Source of the DNA: an uncultured Smithella sp.
GTDB lineage: Bacteria > Desulfobacterota > Syntrophia > Syntrophales > Smithellaceae
Direction of reading: 5' to 3'
DNA: 64,000 nucleotides
Assembly: GCA_964608995.1 (NCBI GenBank)
Contig: CAZSQS010000001.1
Coordinates: 25,143-89,142 of the forward strand
Part shown: in pieces, positions 49,130-57,902 of the stretch
Layout: each line of letters starts with the position of its first letter
How positions within the stretch are numbered: position 1 is the first letter of the stretch
Translations under genes and position numbers: made by a program
The notes under the pieces: model-generated
The model's database searches: none
What the model was told of the DNA's origin: nothing
The model's input: only the letters and a program-made list of their open reading frames with translations

Positions 49130-49585
49130 TTACCAGACTTCGGGAAAGGCCATATTGGTGTAAATATCTTCGAGCTTGCTTTTATGGCCGCGTTCCATGC
49201 TGGCCAGTTCCAGAAAGAGATTCTTCTGCGCCTGATCAGCGCTGGCATGGGCCAGCTGCGTGTACATCTGCATGGCTTCGAGTTCACTCTTGATGGCGAT
49301 GACAATCCCTTCGACCGGCTTGAGATCAATGGTCAGCGGCGGCGTTGGCAGTGCGTCTGCGACTTTGTAGTCTTTAGACTCGGAAAACTTCATGCTGCCC
49401 GGATCCTTTTTCAAAAACGCCTCCAGGGTCTCTTTATGGCTTTGCTCTTCCCGGGCAAGATCATTAAAAGTCGCCTTAATATCGGCGTTATTTGCCTTGT
49501 CGGCTACGGCGCGATAAAAGGTGTAGGCGCCAACTTCACGTTCAATGGCAAGGGAAATAATGCTTTTGTATTCTTCCTGGTTCAT
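49130..49585 (-). CDS. ferritin-like / rubrerythrin-family diiron protein (no rubredoxin domain)
   Basis: Two ExxH motifs (EEQSH, ERGH). Start placed at the Met at 49585, preceded by AAGGAG. Confidence 0.7.
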   Translation of the reverse strand: MNQEEYKSIISLAIEREVGAYTFYRAVADKANNADIKATFNDLAREEQSHKETLEAFLKKDPGSMKFSESKDYKVADALPTPPLTIDLKPVEGIVIAIKSELEAMQMYTQLAHASADQAQKNLFLELASMERGHKSKLEDIYTNMAFPEVW

Positions 49586-49770
49586 TCTTTTTTCTCCTTC
49601 GGCAAAATGCCCATGTTGGGTTGGGTGGCAGGGTTGACTGTCAGATGGCTTCAATTCCGCGCAATACCGTTTTACTGCCTTCCTTCTTATAACAAAGAGT
49701 CACTTTCTGTCAAACGCGTTTCGGAAGGTTTAAGAAGGATGGTTTTGTGCAAAAAAAGACTGGGGCATGC

Positions 49771-50004
49771 TCAGGAGACGATCTGCCGGATTTCTTCAAA
49801 ATCCACCCGCTCGCAGAGCGCTTGTTCAATGTCGCTTTGCGCGACTTCATCGTAACGTAAACAAATGCCACAATCCGAGCTGATTTCCTTGGGGACGGGA
49901 ATCAGCTTGTGCGGCAGTTTCTCGGCCTTGAGAATTTTCTCCGCTTTCAGGGCGTAGCTGACCGCCTTGAAAAGCATCACGTAATACGATGTGGATTCGC
50001 TCAT
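49771..50004 (-). CDS. DUF3343 small protein (putative Se/S carrier-like)
   Basis: 77 aa; YYVMLF....A..AEK.LK......LIPVP.EIS.DCG pattern. Start overlaps the yedF stop (ATGA). Confidence 0.65.
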   Translation of the reverse strand: MSESTSYYVMLFKAVSYALKAEKILKAEKLPHKLIPVPKEISSDCGICLRYDEVAQSDIEQALCERVDFEEIRQIVS

Positions 50005-50624
50005 GGGGTCAGCAGGCGTCCGGCGCGGCTCATGGTAGAGGCAATGTCGTACATGTTGGAGACGATGCCGACGGCGAGCTTGTCTTTGATCTCAAAGAAA
50101 TTCAGACAGGTTCCACACACCAGAATCTCCACGCCAGCTGCGGCCAGCTCCTTTAAATCGTCGAGTACGTTGGAGCCCTCGATCGTCAGCTTGACGCCGG
50201 TATTATAGAAAATCATGACATCCGGCTTTGCCTTTTCCAGACAGATCGTATGCAAAAAGGCGCGCATCAGGACGCTCCCGAGTTCATCATTGCCGCGGCC
50301 CATTTTATCTTCGGCGCAGACGATGACGAAAGGCCCGGCGGTTGCGGGAGTGGTATTGCATGAAACGGCCATGTTTTCTGAAGGGACGGGCGCACCCGTC
50401 CTGCGTGTCAGCATGATTTCGAAAATGCCGCCGCCGGCTTTGGTTTCACTCGACACGTCACAGCCCAGTTTGTTCCCCAGGCGCTTGACGTTTTCCAGCG
50501 CCGTTTCGTTATCGACAATCACTTTGACTTGTTCGTTTTTTTCAATCGCTTCCTTGGCCAGCACCACCGGCTGCGGGCAGGCAAGCCCCGCGGCGTTGAC
50601 GATTTTGATTTCATTCATCTTCAA
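50001..50624 (-). CDS. yedF: selenium-metabolism protein YedF (TusA/SirA-like CPxP domain + DsrE-like domain)
   Basis: N-terminal GLACPQPVV (TusA-type CPxP). About 200 aa with C-terminal ..ILVCGTCLNFF, consistent with the TIGR03527-type family as I recall it. Confidence 0.7.
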   Translation of the reverse strand: MKMNEIKIVNAAGLACPQPVVLAKEAIEKNEQVKVIVDNETALENVKRLGNKLGCDVSSETKAGGGIFEIMLTRRTGAPVPSENMAVSCNTTPATAGPFVIVCAEDKMGRGNDELGSVLMRAFLHTICLEKAKPDVMIFYNTGVKLTIEGSNVLDDLKELAAAGVEILVCGTCLNFFEIKDKLAVGIVSNMYDIASTMSRAGRLLTP

Positions 50625-50643
50625 TCCTCAAATCTTCTTTCTG

Positions 50644-51318
50644 CTAATTTTTTGGGAAAAAAGGACAGATAGCCCCGTTGCATTCATCATTGACCGCGTT
50701 GACCGGACAATTTTCATTTGCGCCTTTCGTCGGCAGAATATAATTGTAATTTTTCAGTATTTCAATCGCTTCATGGATGGCAACATAGGAGCTGAGCCGG
50801 CAGCATCGAACGCCGCCGATCTCTCTTAGCTTTTGAGTCGCCGCTAGACTGGCCTCGAAGCTCTTTGCTCGCTCATCGGAGTGAAACGGCGTCGATTTCA
50901 AGACCATGCTCACGATGATGCCTGGCCCCGCGGTAGCGCCGCATATGCCGCAAAAACCACATCCGGCGGCCGGCAATTTCAACCCGCGCATAAACGCCTC
51001 TTTGACATCCTTTTCCGTAAACGGGTAGCCGTTGTTCTTCAGCGCATTCATGAGAACAGCCGGAAGGAGACCGTGAAACCATCCCGCATTGAGCGGTAAC
51101 CTGTTCGATGCGTCCCAGACGTTATTCAACTGATCATAAACATGATCGAACATCGAGACGGCATCCTTTTCCGAATTTTGTAAGACCACCTCCAGAATTT
51201 TAGGGACAAACGAATTGACGGAAGCGGGATTGTTAATGTTAAGCGACCGATAGATACTCGCCATGAATTCATCATAACGATGAAGCCCTTTCATTAACTC
51301 AAATTGTTCTTGATTCAC
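50644..51318 (-). CDS. cysteine-rich protein of unknown function
   Basis: AAGCGFCGICGATAGPG, RCCRLSSY and a C-terminal CPVNAVNDECNGAICPFF. In the operon with yedF. Confidence 0.4.
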   Translation of the reverse strand: MNQEQFELMKGLHRYDEFMASIYRSLNINNPASVNSFVPKILEVVLQNSEKDAVSMFDHVYDQLNNVWDASNRLPLNAGWFHGLLPAVLMNALKNNGYPFTEKDVKEAFMRGLKLPAAGCGFCGICGATAGPGIIVSMVLKSTPFHSDERAKSFEASLAATQKLREIGGVRCCRLSSYVAIHEAIEILKNYNYILPTKGANENCPVNAVNDECNGAICPFFPKN

Positions 51319-51368
51319 TTGCGTATGATCCTTTCGTTTTCAGAAATATGTTCAACTTTATGACCGGC

Positions 51369-51875
51369 TTAACACAGCCAAGACCGGATCTGATGAATTG
51401 ATGGCACGCTGCCGTGGTGTTTGACGTCGCCCCCCACAACCAAAACAGGTGTCAGAAGCACGCCTGTGGATTCGGCGTATTCCTGATAGGGCCGAAGGGC
51501 TTCATCCAGTTGGGGCGACCATTGCCGGGCCTGGCCTTCAAGGCTGTCAATATCCTCGGGCGGGGTCGGCGGATTATTGGCAACAGTGGCAAAGTGTTTC
51601 CAGTCGATCTTAATCCGTGACAACATGGCAATCTCTTTTACCGTTGCGATATTCTTCCCAAGGGAAGCGGCATATTCAATGGCTTGCGCATCGGTATTCA
51701 GTATTTTTTTGACGCAGGACGACGGCAAAAGCTCCTTTGCCAGCTTTTCAACGCGTTGCCCAAGCAGATCACAGCGGGGGCACGCCGCTGCAACGCCGAT
51801 CACCCAGATATCCTTGCTCAAAATGTTACCCCTCCAAACAGGCGCAGCCAAGCGCGCCTGGTCTATAAGTTTCAT
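51369..51875 (-). CDS. thioredoxin-fold CxxC protein
   Basis: IWVIGVAAACPRCDLL (CPRC) and C-terminal TPVLVVGGDVKHHGSVPS. Start moved to the Met at 51875 to avoid overlapping the upstream gene. Confidence 0.5.
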   Translation of the reverse strand: MKLIDQARLAAPVWRGNILSKDIWVIGVAAACPRCDLLGQRVEKLAKELLPSSCVKKILNTDAQAIEYAASLGKNIATVKEIAMLSRIKIDWKHFATVANNPPTPPEDIDSLEGQARQWSPQLDEALRPYQEYAESTGVLLTPVLVVGGDVKHHGSVPSIHQIRSWLC

Positions 51876-51903
51876 TGGAAATGTCCACTGACAAAGAACT
51901 TTC

Positions 51904-53073
51904 CTATTTTTGTACCATTTCCAGCGTGGCCGCCACGCGGGTACGAATTTGGCCGACGTCGCTTTGCGAGTAATCGGTTTCAATTTTTAAGTAAGGCAGC
52001 TTGTGTTTGCCTTCCACATGCTTCTTCACCTTGGTGGATTCAACGTTATACCCGTGACAGGCATGCAGCACCACGTCGATCACGGCATCGGGCTTGAACT
52101 TTTCAATCAGGCGATCAAGTTCAGACAGTCTGCGGTCATTTGGTGTCATGCACGCGCACGGAATTTCCAGATAACGCTTTGAAATCGCCCGGTAGGGGTC
52201 GGTGGTATTCTCATCGATGTGACCCGCGTAAGCCTTTAACCCTGTGCACAAATCCAGTGCTACGATCACACCGCCCGACTCTTCGATAATCTTGAAGACT
52301 TTGGTCGCGTCTCCGCCTACCGGTGTGCCGGTGACCAAAACGCGCGGCGAATTCAGCTTGCCGTGATACACGCCGTCGGCCACGCGCTTTTGCACTTTGG
52401 TCAACGCGTCTTCCATCGCCTTCATCATATCGGCTGTCGTTGCCGCCTGTCCCAGATAGGTCAGGTCATACATTTCCTGCCAGGTCAGCGGCGTCGGGGT
52501 CTGGGCCGCAAAGTCGAGAATCTGATTCAACAGTTTATTTTTCACATTGGCGTTTTTGATTTCAGCTTCGACGTCATCATCCGTGACTTTTGTATTGAAG
52601 GTTGTCTCCAGAAAACCTTTGAGTTTTTTAACCATCCCAGTCCAGTTCTCGAGGGCTTCTTTTTGATCCGGCAACTGCGGCAAATCCATGATGTGGGTGG
52701 GTTTGATGTCAGCAATCAGTTCAAACATCTTTTTCTTGCCGTCACAGGTGGTCTCGCCGATCACCGCGTCGGCCAGCGAATAAAACGGACATGTGTCGGT
52801 TTTGATGAAGCCGTAACTCGACTTGATGAGCGGACAGAGGTTCGCGGGCAGATCTTCTTCAGCCGCCGCGATGGTCTTATCGGCAAAGGCGCACAAAACC
52901 GCAGGAACGGCACCTGCCGCCCGGACAACTTCCAGTGGACCGTATGTGCAATAAATGCCCACAACTGTTTTTCCTTTTTCGCGCTGGGACTGAACATACC
53001 CAATACACCGCTTCGCTGGCTCCCCTGCGAATCCGTCATTAACCAGAGGCTCAATTCCTTCTTTCATAGTCAT
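51904..53073 (-). CDS. BcrC/BadD/HgdB-family protein (2-hydroxyacyl-CoA dehydratase-like; double-cubane-cluster-type reductase candidate)
   Basis: N-terminal VVGIYCTYGPLEVVRAAGAVP, conserved Cys positions (..ETTCDGKKK.., ..HACHGY..), about 390 aa single subunit. Confidence 0.7.
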   Translation of the reverse strand: MTMKEGIEPLVNDGFAGEPAKRCIGYVQSQREKGKTVVGIYCTYGPLEVVRAAGAVPAVLCAFADKTIAAAEEDLPANLCPLIKSSYGFIKTDTCPFYSLADAVIGETTCDGKKKMFELIADIKPTHIMDLPQLPDQKEALENWTGMVKKLKGFLETTFNTKVTDDDVEAEIKNANVKNKLLNQILDFAAQTPTPLTWQEMYDLTYLGQAATTADMMKAMEDALTKVQKRVADGVYHGKLNSPRVLVTGTPVGGDATKVFKIIEESGGVIVALDLCTGLKAYAGHIDENTTDPYRAISKRYLEIPCACMTPNDRRLSELDRLIEKFKPDAVIDVVLHACHGYNVESTKVKKHVEGKHKLPYLKIETDYSQSDVGQIRTRVAATLEMVQK

Positions 53074-53473
53074 GCTCCATAACGCATAAGGTATTTTGGT
53101 CTGGACCTATACATGATGAATAGGAATATATCCAATTCATAAAAGTAATGACTTGGCTTATTATATTCCTCTTATTTATAAATGAAAAATTAGATGCGCG
53201 GCGAAAAGATGTCGGCATTTATCGGCGCTGGCTTCATCCGGAAAAGCAATAAACAGTGTGTGTTTATTGATCGCTGTCATGACCACTACGACGTGGCGAT
53301 GCGAGGGGATGGGCGTAATTAATCCAGTGCGTTAGGAATATTCATCATCACATTGTCCGCAGGCCAAAGCGCCGCGCTGGTGCAGCCGTCAGTTTGAATG
53401 ACGGTGATCCCCGGCGCCACAGGGGAATTACGCTGGCGTGATTAGCCCGGAATGCTGAAGGTGGGCATCGAAC

Positions 53474-55228
53474 CTATTGTCTTCGATGGCGGCGGGTCAT
53501 CGGATGGATTGTCTGGCTTTGTCGCACCCGGTGGCGCAAGGTGATGAGCAGATCTTTTTGTTTCTGCTTTTTTGAGTTGTCTTTTTCCACAAATATTTTT
53601 TTGCCGCTGGCCTCGTCGATGCCCGTCCAGTACGCGAGCGCCGACCAGGTCGAGGGCAGGGGGGTGAAGATTTGCACCTGTTCGGGTGTGAGTGAAAGCT
53701 CGCGGCTGATCCATGTTTGAAGCGCTTGCATGTCTTCTTCGGCGCAGCCGGGATGGGCCGCGATAAAATAATAGGTAAGGTATTGTTTGCGCCCAGTCGA
53801 GGCGTTGATCTTCTCAAAGAGATTTTTGAAATCGATCAGCGTCTGCGCTTTCGGTTTTCCCATGAGCCGGAGCACTCCCGGCGCGCTGTGCTCCGGCGCG
53901 ATTTTCAACTGCCCGGAGATATGATCTTTCGCCAGCGCCCGCAAATAAGCCGCCCCCTGCTTCTTGTCGGCCAGGATCAGGTCATGGCGAATGCCGGAAG
54001 CGACAAAGACGTTTTTGACGCCGGGGATTTTTTTGAGGCGCCCCAGCAGCCGGATTTGTCGGGAGTGATCGTTTCGGAGCGAGGGGCACACGGAAGGGAA
54101 CAGGCAGTGCTTATCGCTACAGGCGCCCAGGGTTTGCTTTCGCGCGCAGTCGATGCCGTACATGTTGGCGGTGGCGCCGCCGACATCAACAAGCGTGCCT
54201 TTAAAATTCGGATGGCGCGCCAGGCTTTCGGCTTCGGCCGCAATGGAGGCTTCGCTGCGGCTTGAGATTGTCCGGCCTTCGTGCAGGGCGATGGAGCAGA
54301 AACGGCACTCGCCGAAACAGCCGCGATGCGTCGTTATCGAAAAGGCAATGGTATCGAGCGCGCGGACGCTGCCCTTCGCTTCATAAAAGGGATGAACAAG
54401 GCGCGTGAAGGGGAGGGCGTAGAGGGCGTCGAGTTCGCTTTGAGATAAAAGCGGCTGGGGCGGGTGATGCACCAGATAACGGTTGGCATGCGCCTGATAC
54501 AGCCCTTTCGCCGTCACGGGGTCCTGATGAGCGTCAAAGGTTTTGAACATGTTGATGAAGGCGTGTTTATCGGCAGCGGCTCTTTCATACGATGGAAGTT
54601 CCAGATAGCCCTCGGGCGGCCGCGCTTCAATGACGCAGGTGCCGCGGATGTTTGACATATCCTGTCCAGAGGCGATCCGGCGCGCAATTTCCAGAATGGC
54701 TCGATCGGCCATGCCGTAAGCCAGAATGTCCGCTCGCGCATCGAATAAAATAGAGCGGCGAATCGAATCGCTCCAGTAATCGTAGTGGGAAATCCGGCGG
54801 AGGCTCGCCTCGACGCCGCCCAGCACCAGCGGTTGGGTGTTTTTGCAATACCGGCGGATGAGATTGGCATAGGCGATGACGGCCCGGTCGGGGCGGCGGT
54901 TGTTGATGCCGCCGGGCGTCAGATCGTCGCCGCGGCGCTTTTTCTGCAAAGCCGTGTAATTGGCGACCATCGAATCCATTGAGCCGCCGGTGATGCCCCA
55001 GAAAAGACGAGGCTCGCCTAATCGGCGGATGTCGTCACCTTTGTCTAGATCCGGCTGTGCAAGCACACCCACCCGAAATCCGGCGGATTCCAGATGGCGG
55101 CCGATCATGGCCACGCCGACAGACGGGTGGTCAATGTAGGCATCACCCGTCACCAGGATAATATCGAGGCTGTCCCATTTTCGATGGACGAGCTCCGCAG
55201 GCGTTGTGGGAAGAAAGAGCGACTTCAT
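53474..55228 (-). CDS. ygiQ: YgiQ-family radical SAM protein (UPF0313)
   Basis: LDIILVTGDAYIDHPS N-terminus and the CFGECRFCS radical-SAM cluster motif. Start placed at the Met at 55228. Confidence 0.85.
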   Translation of the reverse strand: MKSLFLPTTPAELVHRKWDSLDIILVTGDAYIDHPSVGVAMIGRHLESAGFRVGVLAQPDLDKGDDIRRLGEPRLFWGITGGSMDSMVANYTALQKKRRGDDLTPGGINNRRPDRAVIAYANLIRRYCKNTQPLVLGGVEASLRRISHYDYWSDSIRRSILFDARADILAYGMADRAILEIARRIASGQDMSNIRGTCVIEARPPEGYLELPSYERAAADKHAFINMFKTFDAHQDPVTAKGLYQAHANRYLVHHPPQPLLSQSELDALYALPFTRLVHPFYEAKGSVRALDTIAFSITTHRGCFGECRFCSIALHEGRTISSRSEASIAAEAESLARHPNFKGTLVDVGGATANMYGIDCARKQTLGACSDKHCLFPSVCPSLRNDHSRQIRLLGRLKKIPGVKNVFVASGIRHDLILADKKQGAAYLRALAKDHISGQLKIAPEHSAPGVLRLMGKPKAQTLIDFKNLFEKINASTGRKQYLTYYFIAAHPGCAEEDMQALQTWISRELSLTPEQVQIFTPLPSTWSALAYWTGIDEASGKKIFVEKDNSKKQKQKDLLITLRHRVRQSQTIHPMTRRHRRQ

Positions 55229-55445
55229 GTGTTGTGGGTTGTTGTGCATCCGCGATGCTAATAGCGATGTCCTGTGTTTGTCAAGGCGCAGTGCATATTT
55301 TCTGTGTGGTGATGAATTATTCATCAGCCCCTGGGGAAATATTGCTCTGCTTAGGAGATCCTCCGGTACGCAGTGAAGTTCATCGGGAAGTCAGAATCTT
55401 AAGAAGTCCGGATTGATGGATGGTTGAGCCGGAGCTCTGTGTGTG

Positions 55446-55461
55446 TGGCATGTACTTTGCT
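55446..55461 (+). promoter_or_regulatory. sigma-54 promoter TGGCAT-N5-TTGCT
   Basis: Near-consensus -24/-12 elements with canonical spacing, about 30-40 nt upstream of the 55489/55498 start codons. Confidence 0.6.
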
Positions 55462-55488
55462 ATGACGGAGGTCACTATATATTGGGGT

Positions 55489-55854
55489 ATGTCGATCATG
55501 CGCAAAATTTGGGCGGGCATAGCAGGTTTAATTTTACTGGTTTCAATGGTTGCTTTTGCCGCCGATTCGCCCGGCGTTTCAAGCGGGGCGCCTGGAATGA
55601 CTGAAAAAGCCGGTGCTGTTAAAACCGCCAGAATGAACGCGCGCGGTAAAGTGGTCGAGATGACACAAACCACCGTCAGCATTGAGCGGCAGATTAAAGG
55701 CGCATCTGAAATGATGGACTTTCAGATCGATGGGCCACTCCAGGGAATAGCCGTAAATGATGTCGTGAAAATTGTTTACACGGAGAAATCAGGAAAGCTC
55801 ATCGCTATTAAAATTGTCCGTGTGCCTCAAGGGGAAAAAACCGTCAAGCGGTGA
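55489..55854 (+). CDS. small secreted protein of unknown function
   Basis: Signal peptide MRKIWAGIAGLILLVSMVAFA-AD. The start is 55489 or 55498; the ORF-track start at 55420 lies upstream of the promoter. Confidence 0.45.
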   Translation: MSIMRKIWAGIAGLILLVSMVAFAADSPGVSSGAPGMTEKAGAVKTARMNARGKVVEMTQTTVSIERQIKGASEMMDFQIDGPLQGIAVNDVVKIVYTEKSGKLIAIKIVRVPQGEKTVKR

Positions 55855-55941
55855 TTTAAAGCTTGCCGGGTTGCGATGCTAGAAGAGGCCCTTATGCGTT
55901 ATAAGGGGAATTGTAAACTGATAACAAGGAGGATTTTAGAA

Positions 55942-56196
55942 ATGAAGCGTTTGGTATTGTTTGTTGTGGCAGCTATGTTTATGTTCACCACGATGGCCAT
56001 TGCGGCTGAAAAAGCAGCAGAACCGGCAAAGGCCGCAGCTGCCGTAGCAGCGCCTGCAGCAGAGCCCGCAAAGGCTGATGTGAAAAAGGCTGACAAGAAG
56101 GCCGTAAAAGCGGAAGCCAAGGCCGCAAAGAAAGACGAAAAGAAAGCAGAAGCCGCTCCTGCAGCGCCGGCTCCTGCAGCGCCGGCCGCTAAATAA
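55942..56196 (+). CDS. small secreted Ala/Lys/Pro-rich low-complexity protein
   Basis: AAGGAGG RBS 8 nt upstream of the ATG at 55942, signal peptide ..TTMAIA-AE, then AEPAKA/KKA/APAAP repeats. Confidence 0.45.
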   Translation: MKRLVLFVVAAMFMFTTMAIAAEKAAEPAKAAAAVAAPAAEPAKADVKKADKKAVKAEAKAAKKDEKKAEAAPAAPAPAAPAAK

Positions 56197-56221
56197 ATTC
56201 AGCTCCGGAACGCAATCTAAA

Positions 56222-56252
56222 AAGGATGGGGATTTCCCCATCCTTATTTTTT
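56222..56252 (+). terminator. intrinsic terminator
   Basis: AAGGATGGGG-attt-CCCCATCCTT followed by ATTTTTT. Confidence 0.8.
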
Positions 56253-56336
56253 GGGGTGCGCCGGGCGATTAAAAGCCGGCTTTGCGTCGTCGTCAAATCC
56301 TTTTCTTTGTGCTATAAGCCGTTAAAAATTGTGGCC

Positions 56337-57890
56337 ATGGCAATGTTGAACCGTATAACCGCATCTTTTAATCATCTGTCTCTTCGCATCAAGCTCATCT
56401 CACTGGCTGTTTTTGGCCTGGCCCTGACTATGGCGGCCTGGGGGGTTGTTCAGATCCGGGCGCTCGATGCCATTCTTGTGGAGCAGCAGTCTAAAAAGAT
56501 TGAGGGCGTGGCCGAAACCGTCAGCACATTCTACGAGCATTTTCCAACCAGGCAGGGGATCGCGACACTGGATTCCGCCCTTAAGGATTTTTTACAGGCA
56601 GATGCAAGGCTTGCGCGCATTGATATTTTCGACGTCAGATCGAAGAGAGCGCATTATGTCGCGGGAGCCAGCCGCGTTGCATATGACTGGCCGGAAAAGG
56701 CCGTTGCCGAGGTCAGTCTGAAGGGAAAGGTCCGGTATCTCAAACTGGAAACGGAAGGCGGGCCAGCGCTGGCGGTCTTGTATCCCCTGGCGGAACCATC
56801 AAAGGGCGGCCGGGCGGTGGTGGCGGTGATGACGTTCATGCGCGCCAGCAATGAAATTCTTGCGAGCGCGGGGCAGCTCATGATTATCAGCAGCGTCGGG
56901 CTGCTGGCGGTGATTTTGCTTTTGCTCGCCGTCAGTTATGGATGGATGATCGGACGTCCTCTGAAATCCATGATCGATACCATCGATGAATCTCAAAAAG
57001 GACAATATCTGAAGCGTGTCGATATGACGCGGCGAGACGAGTGGGGGCAACTGGCCGATCATTATAACCGGATGGCGGATGAAATCCAGAATGTGATGGC
57101 CCGCAATCTGGAGTTGACGCATCACCTGGAAGACCGGGTCCAGGAGGAAACCCTCAAGGTGGTTGAATTGCAAAAGCAGGTCGATGATCTCAAGCGCCTG
57201 ACGACGCTGGGCCATCTGACGGCTAATCTGGCGCATGACCTGGGAACGCCCCTGCATTCGATCGCGGGCCTGGCCAGCCTTCTTTTGGAGAAGGGGGAAC
57301 TGGCTGAGCCTGTGACGCATAAACTGAAGCTGATCGTTGAACAGACCCGGCGGCTGGATCACGTTATTCAAAATGTCCGCCGGGCGACCCGGTTGCCCGA
57401 ACCGCATTTTGAGCCTTTGACCGTTGAGGAAATTTTGTCCGAAACGCTTCCGCTCATCGAGCCGCTGATGAAAAAAAATGGGGTGGGTGTCTCGGTGGTG
57501 TGTGATGACGCGACAGAGGCCTTCTATGCGGATCGATATCGCGTTCAGACAGTGATCCTCAACATCATCCAGAATTCGCTCGATGCGCTGCCCCGGGGCG
57601 GGCAGATTTCCATCCATGCCGAAGCACTTGAAAACCGTTTTATGAAGCTTTGTGTTTCGGATACCGGAGAGGGAATTCCGCAGGATGTGCTCGATAAGGT
57701 CTGCGAACCCTTTTTCAGCTCTCATCGGGAGGAGGGGATGCGGGGGCTCGGACTGGCCATTGTGCGTGACATTATGAAAACACACGGCGGACAAGTGGAC
57801 ATCCACAGCACTCCCGGCGAGGGGACGTCTGTAACGCTCTTGTTTCGTCTGTCAGAGGCCGACGGCAAGGGGCGGGTGCCAAACGTTTAG
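56337..57890 (+). CDS. sensor histidine kinase (periplasmic domain-HAMP-HisKA-HATPase)
   Basis: H-box LTANLAHDLGTPL, N-box IIQNSLDA, G-boxes DTGEGI and GLGLAI. Start moved to 56337 because 56226 lies inside the terminator hairpin. Confidence 0.85.
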   Translation: MAMLNRITASFNHLSLRIKLISLAVFGLALTMAAWGVVQIRALDAILVEQQSKKIEGVAETVSTFYEHFPTRQGIATLDSALKDFLQADARLARIDIFDVRSKRAHYVAGASRVAYDWPEKAVAEVSLKGKVRYLKLETEGGPALAVLYPLAEPSKGGRAVVAVMTFMRASNEILASAGQLMIISSVGLLAVILLLLAVSYGWMIGRPLKSMIDTIDESQKGQYLKRVDMTRRDEWGQLADHYNRMADEIQNVMARNLELTHHLEDRVQEETLKVVELQKQVDDLKRLTTLGHLTANLAHDLGTPLHSIAGLASLLLEKGELAEPVTHKLKLIVEQTRRLDHVIQNVRRATRLPEPHFEPLTVEEILSETLPLIEPLMKKNGVGVSVVCDDATEAFYADRYRVQTVILNIIQNSLDALPRGGQISIHAEALENRFMKLCVSDTGEGIPQDVLDKVCEPFFSSHREEGMRGLGLAIVRDIMKTHGGQVDIHSTPGEGTSVTLLFRLSEADGKGRVPNV

Positions 57891-57902
57891 CGAAAACATA
57901 CG

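Noticed and set aside
51876-51983. N-terminal 36-codon extension of the thioredoxin-fold ORF
   Set aside because: It would overlap the 3' end of the upstream HgdB-family gene by 80 nt and encodes a basic, low-information peptide. The internal Met at 51875 is preferred.
53205-53336. 43-codon plus-strand ORF (MRGEKMSAFIGAGF...) in the 400-bp gap
   Set aside because: It has no RBS and no recognizable family. Its orientation is opposite to all neighbours, and it is indistinguishable from chance at this length.
56226-56336. ORF-track start of the histidine kinase at 56226
   Set aside because: The first codons lie inside the stem of a strong intrinsic terminator (56222-56252), and the encoded N-terminal 37 aa are not kinase-like. 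The Met at 56337, which immediately precedes the first TM segment, is preferred.
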